64,000 nucleotides of DNA, from positions 2,532,946 through 2,596,945 of the forward strand of contig CAJFCJ010000006.1 in assembly GCA_904063045.1 (NCBI GenBank). The letters run 5' to 3'. Every line of letters starts with the position of its first letter. The stretch's first letter is position 1. Below, piece after piece: positions 41,936 through 54,571 of this stretch. This DNA is from Dimorphilus gyrociliatus (lineage: Eukaryota; Animalia; Annelida). The notes under the pieces were generated by a model that worked only from the letters and a program-made list of their open reading frames with translations, searched no databases and had not been told where the DNA came from. The position numbers and the translations under genes were made by a program.

Positions 41936-42278
41936 TGTTTTTGGAATGAATTTTTCTCCAACTTTCTGCTGACTAAGCAACTTCTTGGCATAGCCAAAAA
42001 AACAAACTTTTATATATTGTTATAAAAAATAGGAAACGTTAAAAAAAATCAAATTACATTTTTAAAGTAATCCTTTAATATTACTTTTGAAAGTTGAATA
42101 CATATACTAAAAAATTTGTTATTTTCAAGCTTTTTGTGCTAAAATCCCTACTTGATTTGTTTTTTGTTAGTAATAGGGAACCAGTCAATGATTTCAATAG
42201 TTTTCGAAATATCAAGAAGTGACTTGATTTAATTATTTTCTCTAATAGCTTATTATTTCTTATTATTTGAGGAGAATC

Positions 42279-45200
42279 ATGGCTACGTCAACTGGAGCAT
42301 CTAGGGGATCAAAAAGAAAGAAATACAATACCAAAACTGGATTTGAAGAATTTGTTAGCAGTTTCAATTGGTACTTTATTTTCGTTTTCTAATAATTTAA
42401 ATTTTTTTTTTAATAGGGTGGATATATGTCAGCTAAAATATCTAAACTACAAGATCAATTTCATAATATCGAAGTAGATAAGGAATCAACAGGTATTTTT
42501 CACGGTGTTTCGATTTACGTTAATGGATACACTGAACCATCTTCGGATGTCTTGAAAAAAATAATGAAAGAGAACGGAGGAATCTATCATCATTATTATA
42601 GCAGAAGATATGTATCTCATATTATAGCAACAAACTTACCAAACGGTAAAATCGATAAATTAACTGATCAAAAAATTGTAAAAGCTGCTTGGATAACTGA
42701 GAGTGTAAAAGAAGGAAAACTATTACCTTATACCGATTTTTTAGTAGTTCCACCTAATCAGAAAAATCAAAAAACGTTGACTTTTACCAAAACTGTTACT
42801 TTTGATAAGAAAGCACAGTCAAATGAAGAATCACCAACAAAAAATAAAAACTTTGTGTCAGATTTTTACAGTCGTTCCAGGTTACATCATATCAGTAATT
42901 GGGGAGCAGAATTTAAGGAATACGTAAATTCATTACAAAAACAGGAAGATAGAATCTTCCCGGAAAGGGAAAATCTACAGAAATTTATACAGAACGAAGA
43001 TCTTCCTATTTCTTCTGAGGCTAAACTGCAGAAAATTTATATGCATGTTGATATGGATTGCTTTTTTGTATCTGTTGGATTAAGGAATAAACCAGACCTT
43101 AAAGGTTGGCATATTTTTCAAATTTGCCCTTGAATACAAAAAACATGTAAAAAAATACCAGGTAAACCAGTAGCAGTTACCCATTCTAAAGGAGGAAAGG
43201 GAAAAGGTGAACAATCTTCATTGTCTCATTCAGAACGTCGGAACTTTGAAAAAAATTATTATAATAACCGAGAATTTCGCGGAAAGAAGACGAACACAAC
43301 AGGAATGATAAATGAAACGGAAATGTTTTCTGAACATATGGGAGAGCAGGGGAAGGAGAAGGAGGAAGAGGAATTCTATTCTATGGCAGAAATTGCTTCC
43401 TGTTCCTATGAGGCTAGAAAGGTAGCTTCTTTTATTTTAATCAAATTGATCATCTATCTTATAGATGTTTAAAGGCAGGAGTTAAAAATGGAATGCTCAT
43501 GGGAAAAGCAAAGAAATTGTGTCCAGAATTGCAAACAATAAACTATGATTTTGAAGGATATTCAGAAGTTGCTAGAATTCTATACGATACAGTTGCGAGG
43601 TGAGAAACGGTTGACCATGTTTCAAAGTAGATAAACAATTGATCAATTATCTCCAGTTTCACACATGATATCGAAGCTGTTAGTTGCGATGAAATGTTAA
43701 TTGACTGCGTCGATGTTCTAGCTGATACTGGTGCAAGTCCTATGCAATTTGCAACTTATTTACGGGAAACTATAAGAGAAAAAACCGGTTGTAATGCCTC
43801 CATTGGAATAGGTCAATATACTTCGTAATCTACTATTGGCCTATATGTATACGCTGTCTTTTTATAAAAATTTCAGGAAAAAATCTATTATTAGCAAGAT
43901 TAGCAACTAAAAAAGCAAAACCAAACGGACAATTCTTAATGAAAGAAGAAGAATCGTTGGCAATCATCAAAGAATTACCAGTAAGAAATTTACCGGGTGT
44001 TGGCTGGGCATTAGGAAAGAAATTAGATACGCTAAACATCAAAACTTGCGGCGACTTACAGACAATTTCCCTAGACGTTTTACAAAAGGAAATTGGTAAC
44101 AAAACGGCTATCAACCTAATCCAATTTAGTAAAGGCATAGACGATAGGTTAGGAATTAAATTCTATTTAATCTATTAACTGTATTATCTCCTGATTCTTT
44201 TTATTTTATAATATATCAACTATTTAATTTTGCTTTAGAACGTTAAAATCCCAAAAAGTACGAAAATCTGTTTCGGCTGAAATTAATTATGGTATTCGTT
44301 TTAAATTGATGGAGGAAGCCGATGAATTTTTATCCAATTTATCACAAGAATTATCAAATAGATTGCAAAATATTAAAGCCAAAACTAAATGTCTAACTTT
44401 AAAATTAAAAATAAGATCTGAAGGAGCTCCGAAAGAAACAGCTAAATTTCTTGGTTTGTTAATCTACACGTAATTCAATCTACATTACATTCATATTGCA
44501 TAATTAAAAAGGTCACGGCATTTGCGATACTGTTGCGAAATCAACAACCATAGCCATTGCAACAGACGAAAGTCAAATAATTGATCAGGAAGTTTGCACT
44601 TTATTAAGGATGATTAATCCTACTATAGAAGATATGAGAGGAGTACATTTCCTATAGTTTTCAATTCATAGTTTAGTGATTATTTTAATGATTTTTTTAA
44701 AACTGAAATAGGTCGGTATTCAAGCAACAAAACTACAATTTCCTGCAGAAAATAAAAGTATACCAAAAGTTAACTATGGAGCTGATATTACGAAATTCAC
44801 TGTTAAATCTACCAAGCAAAATAGTATTAATCCTGTAAATTCTGATACAAAAAATTCTCTATGTAACGACAACAAACTTAAAATAAGGGAGAAAAGGTTT
44901 AATAAGAGACATAATGTTTTATTTGCATTCATTTAGAAACATATTACAGCATTAGTCCTGAAACTTTACCACCTTTACCATTCGCTGGAGGATACGAATT
45001 GGATGATGACGATGATCACTCAATAACTAGTTTTCAACCTCTATCGTCGCATGATAAAATCGTTGATGAAGATGATAATAATAGTCAAAAAAATGAAAAT
45101 GAAGGTGACAAAAGTATATATATTATCGACCATGTTCCACCTCCAGATTATCTCTCTTACTCTAAGGTTTTCATTTTTACCTCTTTTCTTGACTTTTAAA

Positions 45201-45853
45201 ATAAAAACAAATGGTTTATTTTCATAGCTTGATCAAGACATTCTCGAAGAGCTTCCATTAGATCTTCAGCGCGAAATACAAGCCGAATGTAAAAAGCAGC
45301 CGAAACCATTACCTAAACCTATTATCAAAACACCAGTAAAGAGATCCCCGAAAAAGAGAGCAAGAAAATCAAAAACATCCATTCCTTCCCGATTTCATAC
45401 ACCTTCGCAACCAACTTTGACAGGTCTTGTTGAAAAGTCAACCAACAAACGAGAAAATTCTATTAGTCCACCAAAGCTGGATATTGTTAAAGATTCACCT
45501 AAAAGGCCAAAAGTAACAATATGTGGTGCTGAAAAAGAATGTGAAGTAAGAGAACTACTAGAAGAATGGATTAAATCAACAGACGAACCGGAGAACGAAG
45601 ATTTTCAAAGATTTATAAATTATATACTTGAATTGATATCTGACAAAAATATGGAATTGGCGTATTCTTTACTTATCTTTATGAAAAGGTAATAAAAATC
45701 ATTCTTATTATTATCGATATAGTTATAATCTCTTCTTTTCACTATAGAAAACTATCATCATCATCAGTGTCATGGAGAATGTCTTATCAAAATGCTATAG
45801 AAGATGTTCAATTTGTCATCAAAGAAACCTATGGGGGAAGCTTTAAACTGTAA
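42279..45853 (+). CDS. REV1: Y-family translesion polymerase REV1
   Basis: GGYMSAKISKL, BRCT IFHGVSIYVNGYTEP..NGG.YHHYY, MHVDMDCFFVSVGLR, EIASCSYEAR, IEAVSCDEMLID, RKSVSAEINYGIRF, C-terminal VQFVIKETYGGSFKL; multi-exon. Confidence 0.97.
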
Positions 45854-46386
45854 AAAATTATTGCATATATAATAAATAAATCTGAATACAAAGTTTCGAA
45901 AAAACAGGCAATTGTTCTATTTTTTTATTATTAACAACATGATTAATCTATTACGGATGTTTACATCATAAAAAATAGGTATTTTCTCAAAACGGACGCT
46001 TACATAGACTTTCGTCTTATATTGATTGCATAACAATTTGTAAAGTTAACACTAAAAACTATACATAATTTTACTTAGCATATAAAATTTTATCGATAAT
46101 ACTCTGTGTAATCAGTGGGTTAATATTGAAAGATAGAAATCTCTACCAGTTTTTCATAGGCCAATTTTTTACAATATAGGAGAAAGACACATCTTGGATT
46201 TTCCAATTCTATATAAAAGTAGTTTCCATTTTACTATACTAGTAAATGAATTATATTAAATAGATTCTTTCTTTGCGGGAATTATAAAAGTGTTCTTTAA
46301 TTATATTACATAAGAATATTGAAGATATATAAACAGAAATATCTATAAAAGCCTTCAACGGAGAGTGTCCTCAAACATATTCAAAC

Positions 46387-47193
46387 ATGAGTCGATATGA
46401 TAGAGAACTTGTGACTGTAAAGAAGAGTCAGTTAAAAAAATTCTATGTTGATTACATTAATCAAAAATGTATTGCTAAGCACACTAAAGAGTTGAATACC
46501 GGATTAATGCAACTTTACAAATCTACTCAGCAGTTGCAACATAATTTTAAAGAAGCCATTTCCCTCTGTCAATTTCAGAATGCAATTATTTGTGATCTTA
46601 TGTACAAATTGATAGAAAGTGGAACTATTGAGGAGAATTCCTTTATTTCAGGGATAGAGTGGAACAAGTCTGAAAACAATGATTACAAGGTAATGAAGAA
46701 AAAGGCTGAAAATGTTAAAGATTTTTTATTATCTGTTCAAGATTTTGGAAATGAAACTAGAATACAAAAATTAGAAGAAGAACGAGACAAACTTAAGGGT
46801 CTGGTAGAATCTTATGATGAAAAATATAAAGCGCTAGGAGATCGTCTAGTGTCAATGCAAAGGGATTATATAATATTATCAAACCAACTGGACGAGAAGA
46901 AAAATTTGTTGGAAGCCTTCAATAAAAAGCTGAAAGGATTACAGGATGAAACGCAACCTAACGAGTCACTTTCTCCGAAAGCTACCGGAAAGATAAATGT
47001 GCAGGAAGTAAACGTTAGAGGAGGGGCTGTCCTCGAATTGCTATCGCCAAACAAGCTGAGAGAAGATCCTGAAGGTACAGATAAGATGATTTCGTGTGCT
47101 TATTGTCACCACTCCCACCCTTTGAATGATTATACGAAACATAGTGAAACATGTCCAAAGAGGAGAACATTAGTGAAAAATTTAAACAAGTAG
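46387..47193 (+). CDS. Coiled-coil protein with a C-terminal C-x2-C-x11-H-x3-C (UBZ-like) zinc finger
   Basis: ATG-initiated 268-aa ORF; heptad-rich IQKLEEERDKLKGL..LKGLQDE; terminal CAYCHHSHPLNDYTKHSETC. Confidence 0.75.
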   Translation: MSRYDRELVTVKKSQLKKFYVDYINQKCIAKHTKELNTGLMQLYKSTQQLQHNFKEAISLCQFQNAIICDLMYKLIESGTIEENSFISGIEWNKSENNDYKVMKKKAENVKDFLLSVQDFGNETRIQKLEEERDKLKGLVESYDEKYKALGDRLVSMQRDYIILSNQLDEKKNLLEAFNKKLKGLQDETQPNESLSPKATGKINVQEVNVRGGAVLELLSPNKLREDPEGTDKMISCAYCHHSHPLNDYTKHSETCPKRRTLVKNLNK

Positions 47194-47374
47194 TAATCTT
47201 ATCAAACGACTTTTGAGATATAAATTCATAGCTATGAGTGTCATTTATTTAAAAGATATATAAGGCTTAATTTTCTCTAAAGTAAAAAACTAGCTAATAT
47301 ATAAGTTAAGCATTCATTGGTTAAGAAATACAGAAATAAAAATAAGAATTGTAAATGGTTTCATGATGTGATTA

Positions 47375-49885
47375 TTAGATCTGTAGTGACGCTAAAGCGT
47401 AGGAGACGTCGTCAGGGCTAATTTGAAGACGAATTTTCGTGTTCATAAAATATCTTGGGGCAGATTTTGGATGCATTTCGATAAAGCCTACGCTATAGAG
47501 ACTCGATATCATCTTAACTAGACCATCCAAACCAGCGATCTTTACGCCATCCATTCTGCTTAATGTTTCATAGGTACTCTTCACTCTTTCCGATTGAACT
47601 TCGTCTATACCAGTTCGTTTCATTTCGGATATTATTGCTTGCATAATATAACGTTGATGAAGTGGGAGATGTCTTATGGCTGAAACGACTGGAGACGATA
47701 GAATATCTTCAAAAGCTCTTTCAACATCGCCTAAAGTCACTCTTTGACCATTAGCCAAAGAGCTAGCGTATTTACAAACGTGCAAAACTCTTCTTGCATC
47801 TCCTGAGAGTGACGCCACCTTTCTTGCGGCCAACTGAATAGCCTCTTCATCAAAATTTCTAACATCCTTCAAGTTTCTTTCAACAATGGTTTTGAGTTGT
47901 CGGAAATTGTACGGTTCAAAAGTCGTTCTAGTCAGGCCTAATCTAGACGATACTCTGGCACAAAGCACCTGCTCGGGTAAATCCATGGCATTAGCAACAG
48001 CAACAACGACTAATTTGGCGAATCTCCACGTTGGCCAATCAAATAAACTATATACAACATCTTGTTTTCGGTTGCAGAGCACATCAAGTTCGTCAACAAT
48101 TAAAACCGTTGGAAATCTTCGAGGGTTGGATATATTCCATCTACTGTCCAAAGCAGATTTGGCTTTCTTCCAAGTTGTCTTTTTGCCTCCCAATTGCTCC
48201 CATATAGCTACATAGGTCTGGTGAGGCTCTGTCAATTTTAGGGCATTTATATGCACCAAGTCAAACTTTGGAAGATCTTTGTCAGCTTTCAAATTAGCAA
48301 TAACTCTTTCTAAAGTAGCAGTTTTACCAGTTCCAGGAACTCCGGAGATGTACATACAGCCTCCCCCTGAAGAACTGGTTATGTGCGATTCAATCCAAGC
48401 TATAAGATCATCGAATTCTGTCTCTCTTCCAGGCAGAGGGCTTGTTTCTGCCAAAGACCCAAATGAACACCTTTTGGCTTTTAGCTCTTTATCTACTCTC
48501 TTTCGTCTTCCCGGTGTCTTAATCTTTGAGTTTGGAGAGCTATCCCAACCATCGCTGTCTTCATCTTCCTTATATAAAGTCTTTCTTACTTTGGAGCTGA
48601 CCTTTTTATCATCATTCTTCTCTATACGACGTCGGAAAGATGTTTTCTTGCTGGTTGACAGACAGTTTCTTTCGGAAATTCTCTTTTGAATTTTAGGAGT
48701 TATTGCAAAATCCTTATCCTCTTCATCATCAGATCCTTTTTTAGTTTTCTTGACTGATCTACTTGGGGTTTTTCTTAATTCTCTAATTTGTTCTTCCATT
48801 TTAATAGGACGTGTAGGAGTAATGTCTTCATCTGGTTCTAAAATTCTGCGTCCTTTAACTGGCGTTCTTAACGAGTCACTCCTTGCAACTTTCTTTCCTG
48901 TCGATAAGCATCTTCTTTCATCAGCAACAAGTCTTCTTCTAACCCGTTTACAAGGTGTTCTTTTTACTACTTCATCTTGACAGATATTTACGCTTAAATC
49001 GCTAAGTCTGATCTTCAACGGAGGTACTTTGTCGAATTTGGCTGCCTCTTTGATAGCCATATCGGCAGCTGTCTGCGAGTCGTAATATTGCTCTAATTGA
49101 CGTTCCGCAAGAATTCGAGCAACGCGTGGCCGCTTTCTTGGAGATTTAATTACCGTCTCCTCAGTGGAAGTTCGTTTTCTCTTTCTTGGTGAGAGCGGTT
49201 TCAAATAAGATCCTGGAAGGAGTGGCTTAATTTCTTTCATATCATACGATCGACAAACAAAGAATTGGTCACTATCGATATTGTCTACATTATTAGTTGA
49301 ATTTAATTCTCGAACCTGTACGAAATAAACTACGCGTCAGTTTTTTATCCAAATTGTTTGCTCATTCTGCTTTCTCACCTGACATTTAGAAAGAATAGTT
49401 TCAACATCAACATCATTATCTAAAACCCTATAATGATTCATTAAAATCTCATTATGAGATGGAACTTTCTTCTGCATCGCTTTGGATAATTCATGACGTC
49501 GCCAATACCATTGAATTACGGCTCGCTTGTTTTCGAGTTTGTCACCTACAGAAACTTGAGGTTACTTTGAATAGATAAATAAAATAGAATATCAACCATT
49601 ATCAAACAAATCCGAAATTCTTCCGATAAATGCTTTATCTACATTATCGGGCATGTCAGCATTATCAATGAAAACATAGTCTTTAACTCTGTAGATGACT
49701 CCATCAATTGACACGCTCCTGAAAAAGTATATATTATCGTCCAATAAAGGTTTGATTTGTAATAAAAATCAATGGACATACTGATAATGAATTCTTCCTG
49801 TATTTTCATCACACTTTGAATTTTCATCTATCCATTCTGCAACTTTTGAAGATCCAAATAGGTTTTTTGGAGCTTGATCGATCAT
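47375..49885 (-). CDS. ORC1: Origin recognition complex subunit 1 (BAH, basic linker, AAA+, winged helix)
   Basis: 5' exons encode BAH (YRVKDYVFIDN..AFIGRI); LPGRETEF, CMYISGVPGTGKTAT, VLIVDELDVL, ANAMDLPE, RVSSRLGLTR..FEPY, SGDARR. Confidence 0.97.
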
Positions 49886-50178
49886 GTTTTCCACTATTAG
49901 CTAGAACGCGGGAAAGTTTTTCACTCTTTAAGTTTACCAGTTTCCGTATGTGAGAAGAATATTTTACTTTTAAAGCGCGTTTAAATTCTCTTGATCTTTA
50001 CAAAGTTAATTTCTTAAAATAACACGCAATAGGACCAAACAAGCCTGTAATGAATTTAACACGAAAATTGTTTTATTTACGAAACTCTTTCATAATAATA
50101 ATAGAAGAATTAATAATAATAATAATAAAAATTAAAATAAAATCATGAAAGAACAAATCGAACGTCTTTGATGGTTTT

Positions 50179-50815
50179 TTAGTTTCTTTGAACAGTTGAT
50201 AAATCGCAGAATGCTCTTGGCCATGAAAGAAATGGAGAGACGGTTGGATAGGTTGGAGAATATTGTAGAGGCAGTCGAGATGGAAAGTTCGGCAAAAATT
50301 CAACCGACTGAAGTGGCAGACGTTCGGGAAAGTATGGTATATCAGCAGATTTTTCAATTTTTTCTTGCGTAGGCTTTTCAACTTCTACGTTTCGGGGAGA
50401 TTCCGGTTTTGTAGGCCTTTTAATTGCTTTCGGTTGTTTAGTAGTGCGTTTAGCTCTAGAGCGTTTATTTTGAAACCACGTCTGTTAAAAGTAGTAATAT
50501 TAAAACTTAATTAATTGTCTATAAAGTAATTATGCTATCATATTAATTGACATAGATACGGAGGAAGATACTCTTTTTTAAAAAAGTAAACTCAGCCTTC
50601 TATTTGAAGAGAATATAAGTTTTTTTTAAACGAACCTGAATTCTAGCTTCTGCTATTCCTGTTTCATCAGCTAACATCTCTCTTCGTTCAAAATCTGGAT
50701 ACGGATCTATATTAAACGCTTCTTCAAGAACTTTAATAGATTTTTCGCTAAAAATCGTTCTATTTCGGCGTCTCTTTCCTTTATTACATTCTTTAGTTTT
50801 CATGCTTAAGTCCAT
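50179..50815 (-). CDS. Divergent PRD-class (Q50 paired-like) homeobox protein, about 160 aa
   Basis: Exons 50815-50636 and 50481-50179; HD KRRRNRTIFSEKSIKVLEEAFNIDPYPDFERREMLADETGIAEARIQ|TWFQNKRSR; phase-0 intron between HD residues 46 and 47, the PRD-class hallmark. Confidence 0.88.
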
Positions 50816-51315
50816 GTTGTAGGTATGAAGTTTCCACTTCGAATGACGTTAGGAGGTGGAAGCAAATTAGGCTTACGTTTGTTAAAGATAACAAGATCGT
50901 TTGCGCCGGATTTAAATGCGGAAATGAGGGGCGTACCTAATTTTTTTAAGACTAATTTTCTTTGATTTCAGTAACAAAGTTTCTTTAACAAAAATTTAAG
51001 TAAATATTCTTATATTTATTTAATATTTAATTTGTAAAATATAAAACATTCTTTACATACATTTACCTTTAAAATATATTGTTCGAACGAACAGGAAAAC
51101 CCCCTAGATAAGCCTCAAGTGATTGTAACGTATTAGACGACTAGTTCAAAGGTTAACAGCCGACTGTCTTTAAGTAACCCGAATGTATTTACCAAACATT
51201 TCTTTTCGGTGTTAACAAGTGTCATTAACACGTCTATTGTTATAAGTTATCAAAGATTAGGGTTTAGTCTTTCCTCAACAAATATTCGTTCTCTCGCTAA
51301 ATTTACTAAATGATT

Positions 51316-51567
51316 TTACACTTGTTTAGATTTTTTCATATCTTCTTTTATCTTTTCAAATCCTTTCTTTAATTCATCGTTGAATGTTGATTTAAACCGA
51401 TCTCCTTTTTTTGCTATTTCTCTCATTTGAGTTTCTGAGAACTTTTTAAATGAATCGTCGCTTATTGCCTTAAACGAATGAAATAGATAGGCTACATATT
51501 GAGCTGCCCTTCGCATAGGATATGATTCTGACAAACGTTCTACCAACTTTTCATTTCTCGATAGCAT
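51316..51567 (-). CDS. NCBP2AS2: NCBP2-AS2 (HIAR)-like small protein
   Basis: LVERLSESYPMRRAAQYVAYLF..DRFKSTFNDELKKG matches LVERLSESRPIRRAAQLTA..ERFRDAFTQELRRG. Confidence 0.85.
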   Translation of the reverse strand: MLSRNEKLVERLSESYPMRRAAQYVAYLFHSFKAISDDSFKKFSETQMREIAKKGDRFKSTFNDELKKGFEKIKEDMKKSKQV

Positions 51568-52073
51568 TCTAATTGAAGAAAAGTAATTTATATCAATCTA
51601 TATACGCAATATATGCATTTATAAATATATATAGAGTAAAATATACATAGATATCTAATTATATTGTTTCTTTCCACGTTTATCGTAAGCTCCTTACATG
51701 TGTGAACGATAAGAGAACTACTCGGTCAACTTATATTTTTGGTAATTTTACTTTCGTCATCAAGAAAGAATATGATTTATTTTTACCTTAAAAAGACTTG
51801 AAAGAAATTCATATTTTCAATTTGCACTACTATGTATAAAAACTATAAAATTTCGTAATCAGTAAGGAAATTTAACAAGCCAACGACAGATCGACCTTCA
51901 CCGATGGATGATATGGACAACGCAATATTTAGAATGGAATAATATTTTAAAAATTATAAGGTCAAGGTATTAATACAACGTGATTCTGAAAACCCCTAAA
52001 CTTGTTCAGGGGATAGATCGTTAATTATTTATTATTTTATATACTTTTACTGTAATTGTTAAAAACGACATTA

Positions 52074-54232
52074 ATGATGACTTGCGCTCTACGCAATTCA
52101 ATTCCTAGGTTATGTTCATCTTTTACGCAGTACTTGAATATGCAGAAGGCAACCTTTTTTTCTAATCGTATAATTGGATATTCATCTCTAATGCTACAAG
52201 ATGGTTTAGATATACAGGTTTATTGATTTTACCTATTTGATTCTTAATTTATGTATTATACTATGATAGAATTCAATGATTAAGATAAAGAGAATCCGTT
52301 TAAAAATCTATGTTTAAAACTGCTTAATACCCTTTTATATATACTTGTCGACTGCAGGAATTACCTGTTGTGATAAGGAGAATGGATAATAGTGAATTTC
52401 CGTTTTCAAGTCAATGTTATTCTGGCGAGAGAATTCGAAAAGTTAGCGTTCAAGATCTGAATTTTCAAAATTATTTACAAAGCTGTCGTACAACTGAACA
52501 AGTCTTGAAATTACTGGAAGTTCCTAGTGAATCAGTAACGGCTTATAGTGCTGCTTTTGCTCTGCATAGGATGTGCCAACTGGCTACTCATTCGTCTCTA
52601 GACCAACACATTGATTGTTTTTTGAGAAGGGCTATCTTAAGAGAACTCTGCGACACGATCGCCAAAGATATCCAAACTTTAGATAACAAGACCGTATCAC
52701 AATTGATTAATTGCTTCTTGCAAACTAAAGGAATTCCAGAGGAATATGTCGAGGCAGTTTTTATCGAAGGTCAAAAAAGAATTGCTGATAGTGCTTTTTC
52801 CATGGATGAGTTGTTATACTTGTTAAGCTTGATGTCAACTGTCCCAAATAGTCATGCGGTTGAGCTAACAAAACTTGTATGGATGCACATTACAACAAAT
52901 CGATCAAAGGAAATAAATGAAGCCAATGTTGGTCAATTATGGCATTTAGCTCAGTACGTAATTTATAGTATTAAGTAAAAATGTCACGAAAGTATAGTAT
53001 AGTTATTATTAGTTTTCTTATTGCTTTTGCTTTTTTTCTAGATTTCTCGGAGAAGATATGAAATATACTTTGAAAATTTTAAACAAATACATACAATCAT
53101 ATTGGTGGAAATTGAATACACCCGATATATGTACAATTAGTAAAACTTTGTTATATCAAAAGTACTATTCTTCTCAAACTATGACTCTATTGGGACGTTG
53201 GGTCATTAGTTATATGCACAAGATGAGAAATGAAGAATTATCACATGTTCTAGCACTTTTCGACGCCTTTAATTTTCACGATAAAAATGTATTAAGGGCT
53301 TTGGAGAGAATAATACCCTCCAGAATTTCGAATATGAATAGAGCTATTGTTGGTCAAGCTATGGATTATTTGAAACAACAACGTTACCTATCTACACCTA
53401 TATTAGATGCCGTTGCAAGGGATTTTAGTAGAAATTCACACGAATACGATACACATGATGCTCTCTCTTGTCTGAGGTATAAACAATTGTCAACAATATA
53501 ATCAGTAGGATTTAAAGTTGATTCAAGTTAAAGATTTCTGATTATCTTAACTTAGTTTTGACTGATATCGCTTTCAGAACCTGTTTTATAGAGTAAATTT
53601 TGTTTCCCTATATAGATTATTTGGCTATTTGAGCTATATGCCCAAGAAAAGCAACGCTTTCTTTGTAGCTGTTGAAAATTTCCTGCATAAGAACTTTAAT
53701 ACTTTTGCTGCTCCATCCATTGTTGAATTATTAGCATCATTTACTTATTTACAAGTCTTTCCTATTACCTTCCTTAAAAAAGTTTTTACACCTCTCTTCA
53801 TATGGAAACTTCAATCTGTTGCCGATTTACACATTCAACAATCAGCATATAAACACTTTTTAAATTTACAAGCAGCGGTAAAAGTAGAGCTTCCCCAGAG
53901 GTCAAGAATTAACTATGTCGATAGATCGAGTTTAGGAGTAAGCATAGGAGCTATCTCTGGTAGTGCATTTAAAGTACACCTAGAGATTGCTGATATTTTA
54001 AAAGAATTACACCCAAACATAAAATTGAAAGAAGCCGAAATGCCTCGATATACCGCTCACTTTATCAGTAAGATTATTTATTATATAATATATTTTTCAA
54101 ACTCATTCATTAAATATATTCAAATGAATAAAAAAACCAAACAGATTACGAAATTGACGGTTCAGAGAATTCTACTATTATAAATGATATGACTAAAAAG
54201 TAAGATATATATTGATTATTTACTCATTATAT

Positions 54233-54266
<34 letters not shown>

Positions 54267-54571
54267 TTCTGTTCTTTTACTATAGATTGGCTGTGATCGT
54301 TTCAATGCCTGATCACTTTTGTAGTAATTGTTCAAATTTATTGGGTACCTATGCTTCTAAAAGACGGCATTTAACATCATTAGGCTATACAGTTGTTGAG
54401 GTATGTAACGGGTTTCTTTTTATAGATTATGGCTATATATTTTATGACTAATTTCCTGTTTTATAGGTCAATTACGAAAAAATGTATTGGAAAAATAAAA
54501 GCCGAAATGAGAAAGTGGAATATCTAAAAGAACTTATAAATCCTCATTTGGTCGGGAAATCATCTTACTAA
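52074..54571 (+). CDS. FAST kinase domain / RAP-domain mitochondrial RNA-binding protein (FASTKD family)
   Basis: Transit-like exon 52074-52217 splices in frame to 52358; helical repeats; RAP-like end LAVIVSMPDHFCSNCSNLLG..KRRHLTSLGYTVVE|V..EYLKE; stop 54571. Paralogue not resolved. Confidence 0.85.

Noticed and set aside
50073-50381. Track ORF 50073-50381 as the homeobox C-terminus
   Set aside because: Wrong frame with a TTG start; the spliced homeobox frame runs 50481-50179.
51900-52015. C/D snoRNA-like segment (GGATGAT..CTGA) plus a CCCCT/AGGGG hairpin
   Set aside because: Box C is imperfect and there is no terminal stem; it lies in a divergent promoter region. An Infernal/snoscan hit would be needed.
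26165-54571. Mitochondrial genes (LYRM2, MRPL42, FASTKD, and others) as a co-regulated cluster
   Set aside because: Dispersed, mixed strands and interleaved with unrelated genes; expected for housekeeping-dense regions.
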